A stretch of DNA of 58,969 nt. Source: Propionibacteriaceae bacterium (lineage in GTDB: Bacteria > Actinomycetota > Actinomycetes > Propionibacteriales > Propionibacteriaceae). Both the position numbers and the translations under genes were made by a program. The notes beneath the pieces were generated by a model. It had not been told where the DNA came from, ran no database searches, and saw only the letters and a program-made list of their open reading frames with translations. The DNA lies in assembly GCA_031272805.1 (NCBI GenBank), contig JAISTC010000029.1, forward strand, positions 1-58,969, read 5' to 3'. Positions 17,594-25,737 of this stretch are shown piece by piece. Positions within the stretch are counted from its first letter, which is position 1. Every line of letters begins with the position of its first letter.

Positions 17594-18872
17594 CGGCCGG
17601 CTCCGCCCCGTCCGCGCGGCGGACGAGGATCGTGGCGACCTGGTGGCGCCGGCCCATCGGCTGGTCGGCCTCCAGCTCCAGCCCCTGCCAGGTGGCCTTG
17701 GCGCCGGGCAGCGGGACCTTGTTGAGGAGCTTGGCCAGGACTCCCCCGACCGTCTCGACGTTCGCGTCGTCCAGCTCGAGGTCGAATAGATCCCCCAGAT
17801 CGTCGAGCGACAAGCGCGAGAGGACCCGGTACTCGCCGGGCGCGATCTCCGTGACGGGGGCGAGCTCGTCGTCGTACTCGTCGACGATCTCGCCGACGAT
17901 CTCCTCCAGGATGTCCTCGATCGTGGCGATGCCGGCCGTCCCGCCGAACTCGTCCACGACGACCACGAGGTGGGTCCGGTTGGCCTGCATCTCCCGGAGC
18001 AGGTCGTCGGCCGGCTTCGAGTCGGGGCACCAGGTCGCCGGGCGCATCAGGCTGGCCACGGTCTCCGCCGACTCGGCCTCCGGGTTGTCGTAGATGCGCT
18101 TCGTGATGTCCTTCAAGTACGCGATGCCGACGATGTCGTCCAGGCCGCCGGGGCCGACGACGGGAATGCGCGAGAAGCCCGAACGCAGCGCCAGCGACAG
18201 CGCCTGGCGCAGCGTCTTGGCCTGCTCGACGTAGACGACCTCGGGCCGGGGCACCATGACCTCGCGGACCATCGTGTCGCCCAGGTCGAAGACCGAGTGG
18301 ATCATCTTGCGCTCGTCGGCCTCGATCTCGTTGCTGGCCTCGGCCAGGTCGACGTAGGCGCGCAGCTCGTCCTCGGACGCGAACGGGCCCTCGGGGTAGC
18401 CGCGGCCCGGCGTGATGGCGTTGCCGAACCAGATCATGAGCTGCGGGATGAAGAACAGGATCTTGGTCAGGAAGCCCATGAGGCCGGCGGTCCGGGCGCT
18501 GACGGCGGAGGCGTGCTGGCGGCCGATGGTCCTGGCGCCGACCGAGATGACGACGAAGAAGACGACCACGATGACGGCGCCCGCGGCGATGTAGCGGCCG
18601 GCCGGGTTGGCGATGAAGCTGGACAGGCGGAAGAAGCCCAGGGTGGCCGTGACCTCGCCGATCAGCGTCAGGAAGCGGCAGGTCGAGATCGTCGGCGCCG
18701 GGTCGGCGGCGATGTCGGCGACCCTCTGGGCGCCCTTGACCTCGTTGGCCACGAGGCGGGCGGCCCGGCCCTTCGTCATGCGCGCGAACGCCTCCTGGAG
18801 GCACGCGAAGTAGCCGGCCCAGGCCAGCGCCACGAGCGTGACGGCGATGTCCCTGGCCAGGTAGGCGGTCAT
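17586..18872 (-). CDS. Hemolysin-family / CNNM (DUF21) membrane protein with CBS pair and CorC_HlyC domain
   Basis: Four N-terminal TM helices, a CBS-pair region (VMVPRPEVVYV...) and a C-terminal CorC-type domain. 428 aa. Confidence 0.9.
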   Translation of the reverse strand: MTAYLARDIAVTLVALAWAGYFACLQEAFARMTKGRAARLVANEVKGAQRVADIAADPAPTISTCRFLTLIGEVTATLGFFRLSSFIANPAGRYIAAGAVIVVVFFVVISVGARTIGRQHASAVSARTAGLMGFLTKILFFIPQLMIWFGNAITPGRGYPEGPFASEDELRAYVDLAEASNEIEADERKMIHSVFDLGDTMVREVMVPRPEVVYVEQAKTLRQALSLALRSGFSRIPVVGPGGLDDIVGIAYLKDITKRIYDNPEAESAETVASLMRPATWCPDSKPADDLLREMQANRTHLVVVVDEFGGTAGIATIEDILEEIVGEIVDEYDDELAPVTEIAPGEYRVLSRLSLDDLGDLFDLELDDANVETVGGVLAKLLNKVPLPGAKATWQGLELEADQPMGRRHQVATILVRRADGAEPAGE

Positions 18873-19327
18873 CGCCGCCTCCGCTCGGCCGCCCAGGCGG
18901 CGATGATGGCGTCGTTGAGGTCGAACATGACCTTCTTCTCGGCGGGCTCCGCGTGGTCGAAGCCGAGGAGGTGGAGGAGGCCGTGGACGAGGAGGTAGTC
19001 GGCCTCCTGGTCGGGCGTCCGGCCGAACTCGGCCGCCTGGCGCGCGGTCACGGCCGGGCAGAGCACGATGTCGCCCAGCAGCCCGAGCGGCGGCTCGTCG
19101 CCGGGGCCGGGCGGGCGCAGCTCGTCCATCGGGAAGCTGAGCACGTCGGTCGGGCCCGGCTCGTCCATGAAGCGCTCGTGGTAGGCGGCCATCGTGGCCT
19201 CGTCGACCAAGAGGATGGAGACCTCGGCCTCGGGGTGGATGTGGAGCTTGTCGAGGGCGAAGCGGGTCAGCTCGATGAGGCCGGCCTCGTCGACGGCGAC
19301 GCCGGATTCGTTGGTGAGGTCGATCAT
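18869..19327 (-). CDS. ybeY: rRNA maturation endoribonuclease YbeY
   Basis: HGLLHLLGFDH zinc motif. ATGA overlaps with both neighbours. Confidence 0.95.
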   Translation of the reverse strand: MIDLTNESGVAVDEAGLIELTRFALDKLHIHPEAEVSILLVDEATMAAYHERFMDEPGPTDVLSFPMDELRPPGPGDEPPLGLLGDIVLCPAVTARQAAEFGRTPDQEADYLLVHGLLHLLGFDHAEPAEKKVMFDLNDAIIAAWAAERRRR

Positions 19328-20283
19328 CGCCTGCCTCCTTGTTCGGCCTCGTACCGGTCGTAGGCCGCCGTGATCTTGCCGACGAGGCGGTGGCGGACGA
19401 CGTCGCGGTTGGTCAGGTGGACGAAGGCGAGGTCGGGGATGCCGTCGAGGATGCCCTGGACCTCGCGGAGCCCGGACTTCTGGCCGGTCGGCAGGTCGAT
19501 CTGCGTGACGTCGCCTGTGATGACCATGGTCGAGCCGAAGCCGAGGCGCGTCAGGAACATCTTCATCTGCTCCATCGACGTGTTCTGGGCCTCGTCCAGG
19601 ATGATGAAGGCGTCGTTGAGGGTCCGGCCGCGCATGTAGGCGAGGGGGGCGATCTCGATCGTGCCGGCGGTCATCAGGCGGGGGACGGAGTCCGCGTCGA
19701 CCATGTCGTGGAGGGCGTCGTAGAGGGGGCGGAGATACGGGTCGATTTTCTCCGACAGGGTGCCCGGGAGGAAGCCGAGCCTCTCCCCCGCCTCGATGGC
19801 GGGCCGCGTCACGATGATCCGGTTGACCAACTTCTGTTGCAGGGCCTGGACGGCCTTGGCCACGGCCAGGTAGGTCTTGCCCGTGCCGGCGGGGCCGATG
19901 CCGAAGACGATCGTGTGCTTGTCGATGGCGTCGACGTAGCGCTTCTGGTTGAGCGTCTTGGGGCGGACGGTCTTGCCCCGGTTGGAGAGGATCGAGGCCG
20001 TCAGTATTTCGGCCGGGGAGACCGCGTCGGTCTCGGTCATGTCGATGATCCGCTCGATGTCGCCGGCCGTCAGGCCCTGGCCCGTGCGGAGGATGGCGAC
20101 GATCTCGCCGAGGACCTCCTCGCCGTGGAGGACGGCGGGGGCGGGGCCGGTCAGGGTGACCTCATTGCCGCGGACCATGATGTCGGCGTCGAGCGAGCGC
20201 TCCAACACGCGGAGGAACTCGTCGCCCGGCCCGAGCACGCCGATCATGGGGATGGAATTGGGGACGGTCAGGTGCTTGGTCAC
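19324..20283 (-). CDS. phoH: PhoH-family ATPase
   Basis: Walker [14 protein letters not shown] and FIILDEAQN. Confidence 0.93.
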   Translation of the reverse strand: MTKHLTVPNSIPMIGVLGPGDEFLRVLERSLDADIMVRGNEVTLTGPAPAVLHGEEVLGEIVAILRTGQGLTAGDIERIIDMTETDAVSPAEILTASILSNRGKTVRPKTLNQKRYVDAIDKHTIVFGIGPAGTGKTYLAVAKAVQALQQKLVNRIIVTRPAIEAGERLGFLPGTLSEKIDPYLRPLYDALHDMVDADSVPRLMTAGTIEIAPLAYMRGRTLNDAFIILDEAQNTSMEQMKMFLTRLGFGSTMVITGDVTQIDLPTGQKSGLREVQGILDGIPDLAFVHLTNRDVVRHRLVGKITAAYDRYEAEQGGRR

Positions 20284-20393
20284 AGGCTGGTGAGGCTCAG
20301 CCGCCTGCGCATTGGTACTCAGAAGTCCTCCTAGCTCGATTGGGCAACATCATAAGCCACGCCTCCCGTCACCGGGGGCGGCCGCGCGTTCGG

Positions 20394-20612
20394 GCCGTGG
20401 GGTCGGGCACGGGTCGCTAGCCGTGGGGTCGGGCAGGGTCGCTAGCCGTGGGGTCGGGCGCGGTGGCTACGGAGCGAGGCACGAGCGCCAGCCGAGGGGT
20501 CGGGCACGGAGGCAACGGAGCGAGGAACGAGCGACAGCCACCGGGCCCGACACCGCGGCGACACCGAGCCCACGACGACACCCAGCCCACCGCGACACCC
20601 AGCCCACCGCGT
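20394..20612. repeat. REP-like family-1 cluster (partial units, one complete hairpin unit, GACACCCAGCCCACCGC x2)
   Basis: CCGTGGGGTCGGGC occurs 3 times. The complete unit reads GGTGGCTACGGAGCGAGGCACGAGCG...ACGGAGCGAGGAACGAGCGACAGCCACCGGGCCCGACACCGCGG. It ends 7 nt before the transglutaminase gene stop. Confidence 0.85.
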
Positions 20613-20618
20613 GACCGC

Positions 20619-21467
20619 TCACGCCACGCGCGTCAGTTCCACCTTGACGAACATCTCGGACTCGCCCTCGCCGTTGACGACGCCGCGGATCGGCGCGATG
20701 TCGTCGTAGTCGCGGCCGCGGGCCACGAGGATGTGGCGGTCGCCGATGTACGAGCGGTTGGTCGGGTCGAAGCCCAGCCAGTGGCCCGTGAAGAATTCGA
20801 TCCAGGCGTGCATCTCGCCGGCCGCCGTCACGCCGACCGCCGGCTCGGCGTCCGGGTGGAGGTAGCCGGAGACGTAGCGGGCAGGGATGCCGGCCGCGCG
20901 GAGCGCCCCGAGGGCGATGTGGGTGATGTCCTGGCAGACGCCCCGATGCTGGCCCCACGCTTCCTCGGCCGTCGAGTTGACGCCCGTGACGCCCTTGACG
21001 TACTCGACGTGGTCCCGGATCTCGCGGCAGATGCGGACGGCCGCGGCCGCGGGGTCGGGCTCCTCGCGCCGGGCCGCCGCCGCCAAATCGGCCACCTCGG
21101 CGGGCGGCCGGGTCCGGCGGGTCTGCTGGCCGTACTCGACGAGCTTGGCGGTCGACCCGGCCAACTCCGGCAGCTCCGACCACGGCGCGATCTCCGCCTG
21201 ACGCGGCTCGCCCCGGTCGTTCTCGACCAGGGCCGTGGCCTCGACCCACAGCTCCGTGTGGCTGGTCAGGATCTCGAAGTGGGTGACGGGCGTATTGAAG
21301 TAGTCGATGTAGCCGTACTGGCCGGCCCGGGGCCGGATCGACAGCCGGGAGCTGAGCACGGTCTGGCCCGCGTGGTCGCCGGGGAGGAGCCGGGCCTCGT
21401 TGTAGGACGTGTGGATGACGCCCTTGTAGTGAAAACCGGACTCGTGGCGCAGTTTGAGGCGCATCAT
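20619..21467 (-). CDS. Transglutaminase-like (Cys-His-Asp) family protein with an N-terminal bacterial transglutaminase-associated domain
   Basis: The start is MMRLKLRHESGFHY... The core is ...GVCQDITHIALGALRAAGIPARYVSGY...HAWIEFF...WLGFDPTN. ATGA overlap with the alpha-E gene. The track ORF 20619..22400 was trimmed. Confidence 0.85.
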   Translation of the reverse strand: MMRLKLRHESGFHYKGVIHTSYNEARLLPGDHAGQTVLSSRLSIRPRAGQYGYIDYFNTPVTHFEILTSHTELWVEATALVENDRGEPRQAEIAPWSELPELAGSTAKLVEYGQQTRRTRPPAEVADLAAAARREEPDPAAAAVRICREIRDHVEYVKGVTGVNSTAEEAWGQHRGVCQDITHIALGALRAAGIPARYVSGYLHPDAEPAVGVTAAGEMHAWIEFFTGHWLGFDPTNRSYIGDRHILVARGRDYDDIAPIRGVVNGEGESEMFVKVELTRVA

Positions 21468-22390
21468 GTCTGTTCTCCCACCCAGGTCGGGACGAGTTCC
21501 GTCGGGAAGTAGCGCTCGCGGATGGCCGCGCTGGCGTCGTTGATGGCGATCTGGATCCGGTCCATCCGCTGGGGCAGGTCGGTCATCAGCTCGGCGATCG
21601 AGAGGTAGCCGAGGGCGGACATGATCTGGCCGAGGATGCGCGACGCGCCGGTCACGTTGGACCGCCCGGTCGGCGGGTCGAGGGCCGTCACGGCGTCCAT
21701 GGCCCGGTTGACCGACGCCATGACCGAGCGCGGGAACAGCCGGTCCAGCAGCAGGAACTCGGCGGCGTCGTGGGCCAGCGGCAGGCCGCGGTAGGCGCGC
21801 AGGCAGGCGTGGTACGCGCCGGCCGACCGCAACAGCGTGATCCAGCTCGGCGACTGGGCGCCCGACAGGGCGCGCGTGGCGAGGAGCCGGGCCGTCATGT
21901 CCGCGCGTTCCAGCGAGACGCCCAGGATGAAGAACTGGTACGCCTCGTCCCGGCTCATCGTCGTGTCCGCGATGCCGAGCGCCATGGCGACCTGCTGGCG
22001 GACCTGCTGGAAGAACGCGTGGATACGGTCGGCGTGGACCTCGCTGGGCAGCGACTGCACGATCGTGTTGAGGCATTCCCACAGCTCCGTCGAGATGATC
22101 TCGCGCGCCCGCCGGCCGTTCTCGCGCGCCGCCTGGAGGCAGGCCACGATGGACGGCGGGTTGCCCGGGTCGACGGCCAGCCGCTCGAGGATGGAGTCCG
22201 TCGTCAACTCGGCTTCCGAGGTCGCCGGGGTGCCGAGGATGTACAGCAGGGTCCGGCAGTCCTCGGCCTCGTCGATGCGGGGGTCTTCGAGGATGAGCTG
22301 GAAGTGGATGTCCAGGAGCCGGGCCGTCCCGTCGGCCCGCTCCAGGTAGCGGCCGATCCAGAACAGCGACTCCGCGACGCGGCTCAGCAT
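21464..22390 (-). CDS. Alpha-E domain protein (DUF403)
   Basis: MLSRVAESLFWIGRYLERADGTARLLDI... is the characteristic alpha-E N-terminus. 308 aa. Confidence 0.85.
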   Translation of the reverse strand: MLSRVAESLFWIGRYLERADGTARLLDIHFQLILEDPRIDEAEDCRTLLYILGTPATSEAELTTDSILERLAVDPGNPPSIVACLQAARENGRRAREIISTELWECLNTIVQSLPSEVHADRIHAFFQQVRQQVAMALGIADTTMSRDEAYQFFILGVSLERADMTARLLATRALSGAQSPSWITLLRSAGAYHACLRAYRGLPLAHDAAEFLLLDRLFPRSVMASVNRAMDAVTALDPPTGRSNVTGASRILGQIMSALGYLSIAELMTDLPQRMDRIQIAINDASAAIRERYFPTELVPTWVGEQT

Positions 22391-24072
22391 GGCCCATCAC
22401 CTCCGTTCGCAGTCACGTGGGCGCAGGCCGGGGCGGGGCCGCCCGCCTGTTGCTGGTGTTGCTGTTGCTGCATGAACCGGGCGGGGTCGTCCGGGTTGAC
22501 GTCCATGTAGAGCTGGGGCCGGGGCGTGCCGTTGGTCCGGCGGCCGAACACGGCCGGGTGTTCGGGCAGGTCGGCGCTGGGCAGGTCGCCGTGGCCCAGC
22601 ACCCACGTATCCTTCGAGCCGCCACCCTGGGACGAGTTGACGACGAGCCGGCCCTCGGGCAGCGCCACGCGGGTCAGCCCGCCCGGCAGGACCCAGACGC
22701 CGTCGCCGGAGTTGACGGCGAAGGGCCGGAGATCGGAGTGGCGCGGGTGGATGCCGCCGTCGATGACGGTCGGGATCGTGGCCAACTGGACGATCGGCTG
22801 GGCGATCCAGCCGCGCGGGTTGTCCAGGAGGGTGGCGCGGAGCTTGTCGAGCTCCGCCTGGGAGGCCTGGGCGCCGACGACGAGGCCCTTGCCGCCGGAC
22901 CCGTCGACCGGCTTGACGACCAGCTCGGGCAGCCGGTCGAGGACCTCCTCGAGGGCGTCGGGCTCCTCCAGCCGCCAGCTCTTGACGTTGGGGATGATCT
23001 GCTCGGCGCCGAGGTAGTACTTGATGAGGTCCGGCATGTACGTATAGACGAGCTTGTCGTCGGCCACGCCGTTGCCGACGCCGTTGGCCAGAGTGACGTG
23101 GCCCGCCCGGGCGGCGGTCAGGAGGCTGGGCGCGCCGAGGACCGAGTCGGCCCGGAACTGCAGCGGGTCGAGGAACTCGTCGTCGACGCGGCGGTAGATG
23201 ACGTCGACGCGCTGCGGCCCCGCCGTCGTCCGCATCCAGACGTAGCCGTTGGAACAGAACAGGTCCCGCCCCTCGACCAGCTCGACGCCCATCAGCCGGG
23301 CCAGGAGCGTGTGCTCGAAGTAGGCGGAGTTGAAGACGCCGGGGGTGAGCACGACGACCGTCGGGTCCTCGACGCCGGCGGGGGCCGCGGCCCGAAGGGC
23401 CGCGAGGAGGCGGCTGGGGTACTCGTCGACGCTGCGGACCCGCAGCGCGGCGAACAACTCGGGGAGGGTCTGGGTCATGACGTCCCGGTTGGAGATGACG
23501 TAGGACACGCCGGAGGGGACGCGCACGTTGTCCTCCAGGACCCGCCACTGGCCCGACTCGTCGCGGATGAGGTCGATGCCGGCGACCTGGACGCGCACGC
23601 CGTTGTCCGACACGACCCCGACGGCCTGCCGGAGATAGCCGGGCGAGCTGACGACGACGCGGGCCGGGATGACGCCGTCGCGGATCGCGTTCTGGTGGCC
23701 GTAGACGTCGTCGAGGAAGGCCTCAAGCGCCTCGACCCGCTGCTGGACACCGGCCTCGAGGACGGCCCACTCCTCCTCGGAGATGATGCGGGGCACGCCG
23801 TCGAGGGGGAACGCGCGCTCCTCGCCGGCGTAGTCGAAGGTCACGCCCTGGGCCAGGTAGCTGGCGCCGATGGCATCGGCGCGGCCCTGGAGGTCGTCGA
23901 AGGTCATCCTCTCGAAGACCTGTTTCAGCCCCTCGTACGAGGGCCGGGCCTGGAGCGCCCCAGCGCTCGCTCCGGGGTCCAGGAACATTTCGTCGTAGGC
24001 CCGGGAGTGGGACGCCGCTCCCAGGGGGGCGTTCAAGAGGTCGTGGGTATACCCGTCGAACAAGTTGGCCAT
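22384..24072 (-). CDS. Circularly permuted type-2 ATP-grasp protein (DUF404/DUF407)
   Basis: Full-length similarity pattern, including ...VLTPGVFNSAYFEHTLLARLMGVELVEGRDL..., ...VIYRRVDDEFLDP... and ...GNGVADDK.VY.Y. It has a Gln-rich C-terminal tail. The ATG at 24072 was chosen within track ORF 22384..24150. Confidence 0.85.
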   Translation of the reverse strand: MANLFDGYTHDLLNAPLGAASHSRAYDEMFLDPGASAGALQARPSYEGLKQVFERMTFDDLQGRADAIGASYLAQGVTFDYAGEERAFPLDGVPRIISEEEWAVLEAGVQQRVEALEAFLDDVYGHQNAIRDGVIPARVVVSSPGYLRQAVGVVSDNGVRVQVAGIDLIRDESGQWRVLEDNVRVPSGVSYVISNRDVMTQTLPELFAALRVRSVDEYPSRLLAALRAAAPAGVEDPTVVVLTPGVFNSAYFEHTLLARLMGVELVEGRDLFCSNGYVWMRTTAGPQRVDVIYRRVDDEFLDPLQFRADSVLGAPSLLTAARAGHVTLANGVGNGVADDKLVYTYMPDLIKYYLGAEQIIPNVKSWRLEEPDALEEVLDRLPELVVKPVDGSGGKGLVVGAQASQAELDKLRATLLDNPRGWIAQPIVQLATIPTVIDGGIHPRHSDLRPFAVNSGDGVWVLPGGLTRVALPEGRLVVNSSQGGGSKDTWVLGHGDLPSADLPEHPAVFGRRTNGTPRPQLYMDVNPDDPARFMQQQQHQQQAGGPAPACAHVTANGGDGPC

Positions 24073-24201
24073 GCGCGGCATGCTATGGAGCCTATATTGC
24101 CGAGAGGTTTCACCGCCATAACACGGAGTTGTCACACAGATCACGCGCACCCCTCACAACCGGCCCGGACTACAGGCCGGGGCCGCCCACAGCGTGACGT
24201 C

Positions 24202-25470
24202 CTATGGGCCCAGGCACGAGATGGGCACGGAGTAGACGCCGTCCGGGCGGCGGTAGGCATAGCCGTCGGCCGTGAGGACGAGGAGGAACGACGCCGGCCC
24301 GGCGTGCTGGGACCGGACCGCCCCCTGGAGGCGGAGGAGGTTGGCGGCCGCCTCGTCCTCGCGGGTCTTGTCCAGCTTGATCTCGACGGCCCCCCACCGG
24401 CCGTCAGCGTGTTCGATGATGGCGTCGCACTCCAGGCCCCGGGCGTCTCGGTAGTGCCAGACCGAGGCGTCAGCGGCCTCGGCGTAGGTCCTCAGGTCGC
24501 GCACGCAGAGCGACTCGAACAGCAGGCCGAACGTGTTGAAATCGGTCACGAGCTTGTCGGGCGTCAGGCGCAGGAGCGCCGCCGGGATGGACGGGTCGCA
24601 GAAGCGGCGGATGGGCGAGGTGCGCTGGACGACCTTGGACCGGACGGCGGGCGCCCAGGGCTCTTGGTCCTCCAACACGTACAGGCGGCGCAGCGCGGCG
24701 AGGTAGACGGCGATCGTATTGACCGACACCACGCCGTCGTCGGCCGCCATGTCGGCCCGCAGGGTCGTCATGGCGGCTTCCGTCGACTCGTTGCGGGCCA
24801 GCGAGCGCAGCAGGAGCCGGACCCGGCGGGGGTTCTTGTCGATCCCGTCGACCCGGGAGATGTCCGACTCGGCGATCGAGTCGGCGTAGTCGGCGGCCCG
24901 CTTGGCGGAGTACTCGTCGCTGGTCACGACGGAGGCCGGCCACCCGCCCCGGATCAGGCTGAGGGCGAGGTAGTCGAGCGGGAGAGTGGCCTGGCCCGTG
25001 ACATCGGCGCCGTCGAAGATATCCCGCAGCGACACGGACCGGTTGGACTCGCCGGACTCGGCCAGGCTCATGGGACGCATCACCACCCTGGACACACGGC
25101 CCGTGCCCGTGTGGCGGATCTCGTCTTGGGCAGGGATGGACGAACCGGTCAGGATGAACTGGCCGACGTCGTGGCCGCGGTCGACCGCGAAGCGCACGGC
25201 GTCCCACAGCACCGGCTGGTCCTGCCACTCGTCGATCAGGCGGGGCCGCTCGCCCTCGAGGAGCAGGGACGGCTGGACTCCAGCCAGGCGGGCGTAGTCG
25301 GCCCGCCGGTCAGGGTCCTGGAGATAGATCGCCGAGCGGGCCGCCCGCTCGGCGGTCGTCGTCTTGCCGCACCACTTCGGCCCGACGATCTGTGCCGCCC
25401 CGGCACTCTTCAGCGCGGCGGCGAGGAGACCGTCAGCGATCCGGGGATGGTAGTCCGCCACCGTGTCCAT
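24202..25470 (-). CDS. AAA-type ATPase with C-terminal DUF4143 domain
   Basis: Walker A GPKWCGKTT, Walker B LIDEWQ, and a DUF4143-like C-terminal half. 422 aa. GAGGAG lies 9 nt upstream of the ATG. Confidence 0.85.
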   Translation of the reverse strand: MDTVADYHPRIADGLLAAALKSAGAAQIVGPKWCGKTTTAERAARSAIYLQDPDRRADYARLAGVQPSLLLEGERPRLIDEWQDQPVLWDAVRFAVDRGHDVGQFILTGSSIPAQDEIRHTGTGRVSRVVMRPMSLAESGESNRSVSLRDIFDGADVTGQATLPLDYLALSLIRGGWPASVVTSDEYSAKRAADYADSIAESDISRVDGIDKNPRRVRLLLRSLARNESTEAAMTTLRADMAADDGVVSVNTIAVYLAALRRLYVLEDQEPWAPAVRSKVVQRTSPIRRFCDPSIPAALLRLTPDKLVTDFNTFGLLFESLCVRDLRTYAEAADASVWHYRDARGLECDAIIEHADGRWGAVEIKLDKTREDEAAANLLRLQGAVRSQHAGPASFLLVLTADGYAYRRPDGVYSVPISCLGP

Positions 25471-25585
25471 AAGGCTGGCTCCTCTGAGAAGGGAGCCCTC
25501 AGCCTACCGACAGGAATGACATTTCGCCAACCAACTTGGTGACATATCATGAAGTTACTTGGCGATCTGTCACACGGTGCCGACG

Positions 25586-25695
25586 GTAGCCACGGGGTCG
25601 GGCACGTCGGCGACGGAGCGAGGAACGAATGATTCCAGCGGGCCTGACACCGTGGCCCTGCTGACGACACCCAGCCCGGCCGTGGGGTCGGGCCG
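25586..25695. repeat. Degenerate REP-like family-1 unit
   Basis: AGCCACGGGGTCGGGCAC...GACGGAGCGAGGAACGA...GGGCCTGACACCGTGGCC...CCGTGGGGTCGGGCC, located between the HNH-TIR gene stop and the ATPase gene start. Confidence 0.6.
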
Positions 25696-25737
25696 GTCGT
25701 GGGTGGTCCTGGTCCCATAGCCGCGCCACCCTCGGCG

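Noticed and set aside
24090-24140. Possible promoter (TTATGG-N17-AATATA) for the ATP-grasp operon.
   Set aside because: The -35 match is poor and the spacing to the ATG would give an almost leaderless transcript. This is not strong enough to list as a feature.
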